Assembly (NCBI GenBank): GCA_963777315.1
Contig: CAVZQC010000002.1
Location: forward strand, 480,001 to 544,000
Source of the DNA: Vulcanimicrobiota bacterium
GTDB lineage: Bacteria > Vulcanimicrobiota > Vulcanimicrobiia > Vulcanimicrobiales > Vulcanimicrobiaceae
Length of the DNA: 64,000 nucleotides
Reading direction: 5' to 3'
Below are positions 19,791-28,248 of the stretch, in pieces. The position numbers and the translations under genes are program-made. Positions within the stretch are counted from its first letter, which is position 1. The number at the start of each line of letters is the position of its first letter. The notes under the pieces are model-generated. The model saw nothing but the letters and a program-made list of their open reading frames with translations. It was not told where the DNA came from and did no database searches.

Positions 19791-20753
19791 CTAAACGTGC
19801 TGCGGCGCCCAAGCCCTGCGCGCCTTCTCGATTGCGGGCTCGAGCTTGACCGGTTTCCAATTCTTCCCGCTCCAAAGGTCGCCCTCGGCCCTTAGCCGCT
19901 TGAGCGCGGTTCGCATGTTCCATTGCGATAGCGCCTGCGCCGGCGAGCCGCGCTTGCGCGCCAGTGCTTCTACCTCGGACCAATCCAGCGGCATTGAAAC
20001 CGGCGCCTTGTCGCGCGCGCGAACGACATAAGGCGGCACGACCGTCTTTCCGCGACCCACCTGAACCCAATCCAGATACACCGCCGACGAGGGGCGTTTT
20101 GCGATGGATCGCTCCAGCGTCGTCAGAGCGGGCAGCAATCCGGCGATATGCCGCGCCACGATTTCTGCGAATTGGCGGATCGCGTCGTAATCGTAGCCGC
20201 TCTTGAGCGGGATGACGACGTGCAGTCCGGAGCCGCCCGAGCTTTTGACCAGCGCAGGCAGACCGATTCGCGAGAGCGTATCGCGGAATGCCAGCGCGAC
20301 GATCGCAAGGGTCTTCATGGTGGTGCGTTCGCATGTGTCGAGATCGAACAATGCGTAATCGGGTGAGTCCGTCGTAGGCACGCGCGAATACCATACGTGC
20401 AGGACGATCGAAGCCAAGTTCGCGCACCATGTAAGCGCGGCTTCATCGTTGCAGAGCATGTAAGTGACCTTGCGTGAATTTTCGTCTGCCGCAAGGGAAA
20501 CGGTCGGGATCCACTCCGGCTTAAAGCGCGGCGCCTGCTTTTCGAAGAATGACTGATGGTCTATCCCGTCCGGGAAGCGCTGCAGGGTGAGCGGGCGATT
20601 CTCCAGGTGCGCGAGCAGCCATTGCGCGACGCTGCGGTAGTACGCCACCAAGTCGCCCTTCGTGTAGCCGTCGCGCGGCCAGAGCACTTTGTCCTGGTTG
20701 GAAAGCGCGACCTTGCGCGTGCCGATCGTAACTTCGGTCTTAGCCGAGGGCAT
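19791..20753 (-). CDS. LigD primase-polymerase domain protein (stand-alone)
   Basis: LSNQDKVLWP, TKGDL, RFPDG, FFEK, FDLD, KSSGGSGLH. Confidence 0.9.
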   Translation of the reverse strand: MPSAKTEVTIGTRKVALSNQDKVLWPRDGYTKGDLVAYYRSVAQWLLAHLENRPLTLQRFPDGIDHQSFFEKQAPRFKPEWIPTVSLAADENSRKVTYMLCNDEAALTWCANLASIVLHVWYSRVPTTDSPDYALFDLDTCERTTMKTLAIVALAFRDTLSRIGLPALVKSSGGSGLHVVIPLKSGYDYDAIRQFAEIVARHIAGLLPALTTLERSIAKRPSSAVYLDWVQVGRGKTVVPPYVVRARDKAPVSMPLDWSEVEALARKRGSPAQALSQWNMRTALKRLRAEGDLWSGKNWKPVKLEPAIEKARRAWAPQHV

Positions 20754-22426
20754 TATGCGACTTCGTCCGAGTCGACCGCTTTTTCGCGCACGCACTCTTG
20801 CGGCTCTTTGTCTTCGCGCAAACCCAGAAATGCCGGCTGGCGCATGTAACCGTCGCGCGTCCATTCGGTAAAGCGGATCTGCGCGACCATCCTGGGTTCC
20901 ACGAAATGGGCCGGCGCATTTGCCTGCACTTTATTGACGAACGGCGACGTTTTGCGTTCGATTTTTTTTAGTGTCTTGGTCAGCGATGCGAGCAGCTCGG
21001 CGTTGAAGCCCGTCCCCGCATGGCCCACGTAGCGGAGTTTTTTCCCTTCGTAGAGGCCCAGGAGCAGCGAGCCGAAACCGCTTCGGCTGCCGCGCGGTTC
21101 GGTGAAGCCTCCGATCACGCACTCCTGCATCAGCTGCGCTTTGATCTTCAGCCAATCGCGCGTGCGGCGCTCGTGGTAGAGCGAGTCGCGCCGTTTGCCG
21201 ATGATGCCTTCCAGGCGCCGCTCCTGCGCCTGCTCGAACAGCGCCTTGCCGTTGCCGATCACGTGTTTGGAGTAGAGTACCGCTTGCGTATCGGCAATCG
21301 CGCGTTCGAGAACCGCCTTGCGTTCCTCCAGCGGGGTCTTGCGCAAGTCGCGCCCATCGGCGTACAAAACGTCGAACGCCGCAAACGTCAAACCGCGGTG
21401 AGCGTCCCCGCGGGCCGTGCCGCGCTTTCCGGCGAGCGACTCCTGCAGACGCTGAAACGACGACCGTCCCTGCGAATCCAGGCTGACGATCTCGCCGTCC
21501 ACGACGATGGGCAACGTTCTCCAGGCCGCGCCAAGGGATTGTAATTCCGGGAATTTGCTCAAAAAATCCAACCCGTTGCGCGAGACCAGTTCGATGCTGC
21601 CGTCTTCGCGCACCGTGCAGATGGCGCGATAGCCGTCCCACTTGATTTCGAACAGCCACTCGTCGTCGTCGAACGGTTTGTCGGTCAGCGTGGCCAGCAT
21701 CGGCGTCGTGATGTGCGGAATCGAATCGCGCTTGATGCGGCCTTTCGATGCGCTCAAGGATCGTTTCGTGCTGCGATTGGTTGCCTTTTTGTTGGAGATC
21801 CAGTGCGGCGCTTTAGGGTCCTCGGCATACGACTCCACGGTGCGCCCGGTCGTGACCGATTTGCCGTCCTTTTCGATCGCGTATTCGGGATCGACGTACC
21901 GGTCGTGGTCCTTGATCAGCAGCCACGGGTCGCCGCCTTCGCCCGAGCGTCCTTTGATGCGCACCAGCGTGAACTCCCCGCGCATTTTCTTGCCGTACAT
22001 GACGAACTTGATTTTGCCTTTGCCGATTTCTGCCGCGGGGTCGGTCCCTTCGGAAAGTTCGTACGTGCCCTCGTCCCAAACGATCACTTCGCCGGCGCCG
22101 TAGTTGCCCTTGGGAATGATGCCCTCGAAGGTGCGGTAATCCATCGGATGGTCCTCGACGTGCATTGCCAGGCGCCGGTCTTTGGGATCGAACGAAGGAC
22201 CTTTGGGAACGGCCCACGATTTGAGCACGCCGTCGGCCTCGAGCCGAAAATCGTAGTGCAGACGACTGGCGTGATGCTTTTGGATGACGAAGCGTAGGCC
22301 TCGAGCGCTTTTGGCGCGCGCACCGCGCGGCTCGGGCGTTTCGGTGAAATCGCGTTTTTGCTGGTAGCGTCGGAGCGAGCCGGCTTCTTTGGTTGCCCGG
22401 CTCGCTCCGGTTTTTTTCGACGGCAT
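20753..22426 (-). CDS. ligD: LigD phosphoesterase + ATP-dependent ligase
   Basis: FVIQKHHASRLHYDFRLE; EIKWDGYR, EGIIGK, WLKIK. Confidence 0.9.
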   Translation of the reverse strand: MPSKKTGASRATKEAGSLRRYQQKRDFTETPEPRGARAKSARGLRFVIQKHHASRLHYDFRLEADGVLKSWAVPKGPSFDPKDRRLAMHVEDHPMDYRTFEGIIPKGNYGAGEVIVWDEGTYELSEGTDPAAEIGKGKIKFVMYGKKMRGEFTLVRIKGRSGEGGDPWLLIKDHDRYVDPEYAIEKDGKSVTTGRTVESYAEDPKAPHWISNKKATNRSTKRSLSASKGRIKRDSIPHITTPMLATLTDKPFDDDEWLFEIKWDGYRAICTVREDGSIELVSRNGLDFLSKFPELQSLGAAWRTLPIVVDGEIVSLDSQGRSSFQRLQESLAGKRGTARGDAHRGLTFAAFDVLYADGRDLRKTPLEERKAVLERAIADTQAVLYSKHVIGNGKALFEQAQERRLEGIIGKRRDSLYHERRTRDWLKIKAQLMQECVIGGFTEPRGSRSGFGSLLLGLYEGKKLRYVGHAGTGFNAELLASLTKTLKKIERKTSPFVNKVQANAPAHFVEPRMVAQIRFTEWTRDGYMRQPAFLGLREDKEPQECVREKAVDSDEVA

Positions 22427-22455
22427 TACGCCGTTTTAGTATATCGCGGCGTGTG

Positions 22456-22614
22456 CTATACGCGCGCGCCTCGACCGGTCAACAGATTGATGATGAGAAG
22501 AATTACCGCCACGGCGATGATGATGTGAATGATGCCACCGACGTGGAAGGCCAGCCATCCGATCAACCACAGGATGAACAGGACGACGATAATGGCCCAC
22601 AAGATTCCGGCCAT
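22456..22614 (-). CDS. lmo0937-like small membrane protein (52 aa, absent from ORF track)
   Basis: MAGILWAIIVVLFILWLIGWLAFHVGGIIHIIIAVAVILLIINLLTGRGARV; GGAGG upstream. Confidence 0.75.
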   Translation of the reverse strand: MAGILWAIIVVLFILWLIGWLAFHVGGIIHIIIAVAVILLIINLLTGRGARV

Positions 22615-22617
22615 GCG

Positions 22618-22833
22618 TTAGTGTCCTCCGCCCCCGCCAGTTTGCGAGGAAGTGCTGCTGGAATTGGTCGTCGTCGTGCCCGTGGTTCCGCCGTTCGTGC
22701 TGGAGTTCGACCAGGGATGCCAAACGAAAACCGCGATGAGAATAGCAATCAGAACGATGATGGCGATTCCCAGTGCAGCCGCGCTGCCGCCTGAACCGCC
22801 TCCCTCGTTTACTACAACCGGACCGTCAGCCAT
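22618..22833 (-). CDS. small single-TM protein with Ser/Thr/Gly tail
   Basis: AAGGAG RBS, one hydrophobic helix. Confidence 0.7.
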   Translation of the reverse strand: MADGPVVVNEGGGSGGSAAALGIAIIVLIAILIAVFVWHPWSNSSTNGGTTGTTTTNSSSTSSQTGGGGGH

Positions 22834-22921
22834 ACAGGTTCTTGCTCCTTTCTGTTGCAGTGCGCCCGTTATACCCAGTACCGGCAAGCGCTCACACATG
22901 CGCGGCGAAAGCTTTGCCCGC

Positions 22922-23200
22922 ATGTGGGACGTTCTCGGGCTCGCCGCGGCTGCAGCTACGGCGTGCTTTGCGTGGTTTTGCAGCACGCGCACCGCGAGCA
23001 ACTACTACGAAGGAGAGGTTTACGGCATGACGGCGCACACCCACCGGGTCTACGCGCTCACGAGCGCGGCGTTTACCGTGCTGTTTGCGGCAGCGCTCGC
23101 CCTCGCGTCGATACCTACTGTGCCGTTGCTTGCTGTTTTCGCCCTGGTGGCCATTTTTTATTACTCGTCGTTCGCGCGTGGTTTCTCCGATGAAGAATGA
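22922..23200 (+). CDS. hypothetical membrane protein
   Basis: three hydrophobic segments; overlaps next start. Confidence 0.55.
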   Translation: MWDVLGLAAAAATACFAWFCSTRTASNYYEGEVYGMTAHTHRVYALTSAAFTVLFAAALALASIPTVPLLAVFALVAIFYYSSFARGFSDEE

Positions 23201-25238
23201 AAACGAATTTCGTTTTTCGCCTCGTCCGAACCGCGCGGCGGAAATTCGGTGGCGGCAATGGAGCGACGACGCCTTTGCGCAAGCCCATGCCCAAGACAAA
23301 CCGATATTGCTCGCCATCTCGGCCGTGTGGTGCCATTGGTGCCACGTAATGGATGAAACCTCATACTCCGACGGCTCCGTCATCGATCTCGTCAACGAGC
23401 GCTACGTTCCCGTACGCGTCGACAACGACCGGCGCCCCGACGTCAACGCGCGCTACAATCAAGGCGGCTGGCCCACGACCGCGTTTCTCACCCCGCAAGG
23501 CGCGCTGCTTGCAGGCGCCACTTATCTGCCGCCCGAGCAGATGCGCGCGGCGCTCGAACAGATCGCGCAGTTTTATCAAACCAATCGCGAGCAGATCCGC
23601 GAACGCGCGGTGCAGATCGCTTCGCGCACGGCGCAAAACGCGCCCTCGTCACACACGGACTTGGATGGCGGCATCATCGAGCGCGTGCTGGCGGCCGCAC
23701 GGGATCTCTACGATCCCGAGTTCGGCGGTTTTGGAACCGCGCCGAAGTTTCCGATGGTGGACGTGCTCGACTTGCTCTTGCAAGAATACCGCGTCAGCGG
23801 GGATCAATCGCTCTACGACATGCTCGCGCGCACGTTGCTGGGCATGGCCGACGGCGGCATGTACGATCACGTCGAAGGCGGATTCTTTCGCTACTCCACG
23901 ACGCGGGATTGGTCGGTTCCCCACTTTGAGAAAATGACCGAAGACCACGCGGGGCTGCTGCGCGTTCTGGCCGGTTTGACGCGCGCTACGCGCAACGATC
24001 GCTTTCGCGCGACGCTGGTTTCCGCGCTAGGCTACGTACGCACCGTGCTGCGCGATCCGCAGACGGCATTCTTTGCCGGAAGCCAAGATGCCGACGAAGC
24101 GTATTACGAGCTGCCGCTGCAGGAGCGTCGCGCCGTTCCCGCGCCGTACGTCGATCCCACCTCGTATTCCAATTGGACCGCTGCAATGGCGGGCACGTTC
24201 GCGTGCGCTGCGGACGCGCTGGACGACGAAGCGCTGGCCGCGCAAGCCGAGGCGACGCTGGATGCGCTGCACGACCGCATGAGCGATCCCGACGGGCTGC
24301 TGTACCATTACGTTCAGCCGGGCGGTACGCCCAGCGTGCGCGGATTGCTCACCGATCAGGCCGCATACCTGCGCGCGCTGCTCGACGCACACGAATGCGG
24401 CGGAGAGCCGCGCTTCATTGCGCGCGCAAAGGACCTCGCGTTCGCGATCGAGCGTGTTTTCAGCGCGCCCGACGGCGGCTTTTACGATCACGCAGCGCTC
24501 GAGCCCGAGCTGGGAAACCTGATCCTGCGCGATCGGCCGCTTGCGGACAACGCTTTGCTGGCCGAGTGTTTCTTGCGGCTCGCGGCGCTGCAGGACCAGG
24601 CGAGCTACCGGGAGACCGCAGAGCGCGCGCTGCTGGTATTCGCGACGACGTACGATGGCGCGGGTACGTTTGCCGCGCCCTATGCTCGTGCGCTGCGGCG
24701 CTATCTGGATCCGGGCACGTGCATCGTGCTGGTCGGCAGCGTCGATGGAACGGCGGACCTGCGCGAAGCCGCGCGCGCTTTGCCGCAAGCCATGCTCACC
24801 GTTCGGACCATCGACGCCGCAGACGCGTCCGCGCTGGCCCAGCGTGGTTTCGACCCTGCGCTCCATCCTGCCGCGTATATTTGCGCAGGAAAAGCGTGCG
24901 CAGCGCCCGTGCAAAGCGCTGCAGAGCTTCGCTCGGCATTCGAGGCGCTTGACCCCGTAAGTCGATCCTCAGCTTCCCGGCCGAACGAACGCGTTCCAAT
25001 ACCATACGCCGTACGAACTTGCCGCGCACGAATACACGACCAGCGCCTTGGTCCACAGCGGCAAACCGTCGCGCGCCGCGATCAGCATCAAAACGAACAG
25101 AAACGGGATGAAGTCCAACGCGTGCCGCATGCCGTACTGTGCGAAACCGTTTACGTAATAGAGCATATTGGGTGCGGCTGTAACGACTGCAGCGGCCCAC
25201 AAAGCAATCGCGATTGCAGCCGGACGGCGCGCCCATAG
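23190..25238 (+). CDS. YyaL/DUF255 thioredoxin-domain protein (true stop probably TAA at 24958-24960)
   Basis: WCHWCHVM, GGWPTT, GGFGTAPKFP, VPHFEKM. Confidence 0.85.
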   Translation: MKNENEFRFSPRPNRAAEIRWRQWSDDAFAQAHAQDKPILLAISAVWCHWCHVMDETSYSDGSVIDLVNERYVPVRVDNDRRPDVNARYNQGGWPTTAFLTPQGALLAGATYLPPEQMRAALEQIAQFYQTNREQIRERAVQIASRTAQNAPSSHTDLDGGIIERVLAAARDLYDPEFGGFGTAPKFPMVDVLDLLLQEYRVSGDQSLYDMLARTLLGMADGGMYDHVEGGFFRYSTTRDWSVPHFEKMTEDHAGLLRVLAGLTRATRNDRFRATLVSALGYVRTVLRDPQTAFFAGSQDADEAYYELPLQERRAVPAPYVDPTSYSNWTAAMAGTFACAADALDDEALAAQAEATLDALHDRMSDPDGLLYHYVQPGGTPSVRGLLTDQAAYLRALLDAHECGGEPRFIARAKDLAFAIERVFSAPDGGFYDHAALEPELGNLILRDRPLADNALLAECFLRLAALQDQASYRETAERALLVFATTYDGAGTFAAPYARALRRYLDPGTCIVLVGSVDGTADLREAARALPQAMLTVRTIDAADASALAQRGFDPALHPAAYICAGKACAAPVQSAAELRSAFEALDPVSRSSASRPNERVPIPYAVRTCRARIHDQRLGPQRQTVARRDQHQNEQKRDEVQRVPHAVLCETVYVIEHIGCGCNDCSGPQSNRDCSRTARP

Positions 25239-26123
25239 CGCGAAGATCAGCGCGGGGCTCGTCCACGTAAGTGCGACGCCGGAAAAGGACGGACGGATCC
25301 ACGGAAACGCGCGATCGAACTGCGGGGCCTGCACGAAAAACGAATTCAGTTCGTACCCCAAATACTGCAGCCGGAAAGGCGATCCCGTCGGCATGCCTGC
25401 CTGATCCTGATGGTACCAATTGGTATAGCCGACGTCCGCGAGCGTACCCCAGCGCAGCTCGTTGTAGAATATCCATACGCCGGCCGCAATAGCGATTACA
25501 GCGGCAAAGCCGGACCATGAGAGCGCAGAACGATCGCGTGTGCGCGCCAGCAGTACGGCGTACACGGGCAAAGCCAGAACCAGAGAAAAGCGCGAACCGG
25601 CCGCGGCGACGGCCCACAGCGCCACGAGCCACGCGCGCCGCGCTCCGAAGACTTCCGCCAGTGCCAGCATCGTAAAGCACAGCGCGCTTACGTGCGCGAT
25701 GAACCAAACGTCGCCCAGCATCGCGCACCAGAGCAGATCCGTGCCGGCCAGTAAAAACGCGCACAGCCAAGCATCGACTGCAGTCGTTACGCCGGCGAGC
25801 TCGCCCAAGCGCCACGCAGCACCGATGGCCGCGCCGGCAAGAATTGCCGCGATGACGGTTTGATTGGCCGCCGTACCGGCGATTGCGACCCACGGCAGCA
25901 AAAGAATCGCCGGAACCGGACCCTCGATGATGTAGTGCTGTCCGTTATAGGCCAGCGCGTCGATATATGGCCCCGGCCAAGCGATCCATACGTGTCCGTG
26001 CAGCAATGCATCCGCCAGCAGGACGTCGTTGTTGTACGGCGTCGAGCGAAAATGTGATACCAGCAGCGTGATTACGAATGCGGCGATCGCCGCGATCGCA
26101 CTATTCGATAGAGATCCGGCGAC
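24969..26123 (-). CDS. polytopic membrane protein, putative GT-C-type glycosyltransferase (start uncertain)
   Basis: many TM segments, NGFAQYGMRHALD near C-terminus. Confidence 0.55.
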   Translation of the reverse strand, partial: VAGSLSNSAIAAIAAFVITLLVSHFRSTPYNNDVLLADALLHGHVWIAWPGPYIDALAYNGQHYIIEGPVPAILLLPWVAIAGTAANQTVIAAILAGAAIGAAWRLGELAGVTTAVDAWLCAFLLAGTDLLWCAMLGDVWFIAHVSALCFTMLALAEVFGARRAWLVALWAVAAAGSRFSLVLALPVYAVLLARTRDRSALSWSGFAAVIAIAAGVWIFYNELRWGTLADVGYTNWYHQDQAGMPTGSPFRLQYLGYELNSFFVQAPQFDRAFPWIRPSFSGVALTWTSPALIFALWARRPAAIAIALWAAAVVTAAPNMLYYVNGFAQYGMRHALDFIPFLFVLMLIAARDGLPLWTKALVVYSCAASSYGVWYWNAFVRPGS

Positions 26124-27505
26124 CCCGGAATCTTCACCAAGCTGTAGCCCGAAACCCGGCCGAACACGATCCCCACCACGTACACCGGACGGCTGCGCAT
26201 CCACCCGGGTACTCGCGGCGCGTCGTCCGCTAGCCACGACGATTCGACGATGCGGTCGCCGAGGCGGTGCTGCACGTACGCTGCATACGCGAGCGGCGTG
26301 GCGTAGAGCCACGGCGATATGAGGATCGCATTGCGCGGCGTGTTCTTGACGACCGTGTCGATTACCGCCTGCGCGCCGGTGGAGTGGGGCTGCTGGAACG
26401 TTTGGCGGTTCGCTACGAGCAGCCAGGCCGCCAAAGCAATGGCGAGGGCAACGCAGACCGTTCGAAAGGAAGAAAAAGTTCGAGCAATCGCGTCGATGCC
26501 GTAGCCGAAAAATACCGCGGCTATCGCAAAGCCGATCAGGTAGTAGCGTCTGGAATCGGCTTCAATGGTGTACGCCAGCGCAAATGCCGTCGGCGCCGCG
26601 AACGCCGCGAACAACGCCAGTGCAAGCCCGCGATTGCGCCGCGCTAACGCGCATAATCCCACGACCGCAATAGCAACGCCGAGCGGAGTGCATTCGTCGA
26701 TCAGTGCGGCGGCGTACGTCCCGGCACGGGTTGCATACGTGCGCGGTGAGATCATTGCCGCCAGCGTACCGCCGGCGGAAAACTCCGTCCCGCTGACTTC
26801 TTTGAGGAAACCGCTCAAGGATGCGGGGTGGTCGTTGTCCCAGAAAGAGCGCCCCGGCGGTATTCCGAGCGAGCGGGTGGGATCCAAGCGCGCAGCGGTC
26901 ACTGCCGCGCTGCGTGCCGGCAAATACGCGTACCAGCACAGTCCGAACAGCAGTGCGCCGATCGCGAATGCCAATGTGCGCCGTCTAACCGAGCGAAAGC
27001 GCGCCGCCGACAGTACGGCCAGCGCGGGCAAGAGCAGAGCGTCGATGGGATGCGTCGCGATGCCGAGTCCCCAGGCGAGCGCCGCCGCAACGAGCATTGC
27101 GGGATCGCCGCGCCGATGCCAGCGAACCGCGGCGTACACGGTAGCTACGGCAAAAAACGTCGCGAGCGCATGCACCTCGGCACGCGTTCCGCGCGTCCAG
27201 GCGACGTCGCCGAAGGCAAAGAGCCACGCACTTGCAGCGGAGATCCACGGCTGCACCTCGAGTTCCATCAAGATGCGGCACACCAGCCACGCCGCTGCAC
27301 TCATTGCAAGGGCGCTAAAGAGCGCGATTCGCCAAGCCGGCGTACCGACGGCAAACGCGTGCGCGAAAACGCCCGCCAGAATCGTGAACGCCGGAAAACC
27401 CGTAGCGTGCATGATGCCGAAGATCCACGGAACCACTTGCGCTTCGCCCGTGTCCCAGTAGCCTATCGAACCGTTCAGGGAAGCCGCGTAAATGCCCATC
27501 GGCAC
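26072..27505 (-). CDS. DUF2723 / TMEM260-like putative protein O-mannosyltransferase
   Basis: WDTGE, GIMHATGFP, AEVHAL, YLPAR motifs. Confidence 0.7.
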   Translation of the reverse strand: MPMGIYAASLNGSIGYWDTGEAQVVPWIFGIMHATGFPAFTILAGVFAHAFAVGTPAWRIALFSALAMSAAAWLVCRILMELEVQPWISAASAWLFAFGDVAWTRGTRAEVHALATFFAVATVYAAVRWHRRGDPAMLVAAALAWGLGIATHPIDALLLPALAVLSAARFRSVRRRTLAFAIGALLFGLCWYAYLPARSAAVTAARLDPTRSLGIPPGRSFWDNDHPASLSGFLKEVSGTEFSAGGTLAAMISPRTYATRAGTYAAALIDECTPLGVAIAVVGLCALARRNRGLALALFAAFAAPTAFALAYTIEADSRRYYLIGFAIAAVFFGYGIDAIARTFSSFRTVCVALAIALAAWLLVANRQTFQQPHSTGAQAVIDTVVKNTPRNAILISPWLYATPLAYAAYVQHRLGDRIVESSWLADDAPRVPGWMRSRPVYVVGIVFGRVSGYSLVKIPGSPDLYRIVRSRRSPHS

Positions 27506-27552
27506 CAGCCATCCCAGCCATGCCGATGCACGCCGCTGCCGGCGCCCGCCGG

Positions 27553-28248
27553 CTAAAAGCTCGGCAGTACCGGCGTGGGCAGCGGCTTCGCAGTCTGGAA
27601 CGTCGATTTGGGAAGACTCGCCGGAAACTGATAGCCGCTAAAGGAGATGCGTTCGCGAGCCGGCTTGCCCCGAATGCTCGCTTCGACGCTGGCCGATACG
27701 GGGACCCAGTATTTCCCGGCATTGGCGAATTCGATCGATCCCGATCCCTTCATAGCCGCGTTCGTCGAGTGAAAGCGGATCGCCGAAGGCAGAAACGTAC
27801 GTCCGTCGAGCGTTATGCCGTCGACGATAAAGCCCGTCGGAGCTCCCAGCGGCACCGCATGATACGTGTATTGCACGGTGTCTCCCAAGCGCGCGAAACG
27901 CTGGAACAAAAACGCATACTGCGTCACGCGCGGCGCGAGGTTGTCCAGCGTGTACCGATTGCGGTATCGCGCGATGCGGATATTCTTTTGCCGGACCCCG
28001 TCGACCATGATCGTTTCGTCGCGAACCAGGTCGCCGCTGCGGTAAATCCTATGCGACTGCTCGATGGCGCGCGGCCCGGACTGCGAAACCGTGTAGGAAA
28101 ACACCAGCACTTTGGGCCCTTCCTCACGCAGTAAGCGCGCAGCGTAGCGGTCCAGCACGAGCTGCGAATCGAGTTGCCGCGCAGCGCCATCGGGCGGCCC
28201 CACGCGCAAAGCGACGAGCAGCGCGAGTGGAGCGATGACACACATCAC
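27553..28248 (-). CDS. hypothetical exported protein
   Basis: N-terminal hydrophobic segment; coupled to alaS stop. Confidence 0.6.
   Translation of the reverse strand: MMCVIAPLALLVALRVGPPDGAARQLDSQLVLDRYAARLLREEGPKVLVFSYTVSQSGPRAIEQSHRIYRSGDLVRDETIMVDGVRQKNIRIARYRNRYTLDNLAPRVTQYAFLFQRFARLGDTVQYTYHAVPLGAPTGFIVDGITLDGRTFLPSAIRFHSTNAAMKGSGSIEFANAGKYWVPVSASVEASIRGKPARERISFSGYQFPASLPKSTFQTAKPLPTPVLPSF

Noticed and set aside
24960..25238. C-terminal extension of YyaL overlapping the opposite gene
   Set aside because: Reads as antisense junk; an out-of-frame TAA at 24958-24960 suggests an indel (AGCT at 24925 or the CCCC run), site not resolvable
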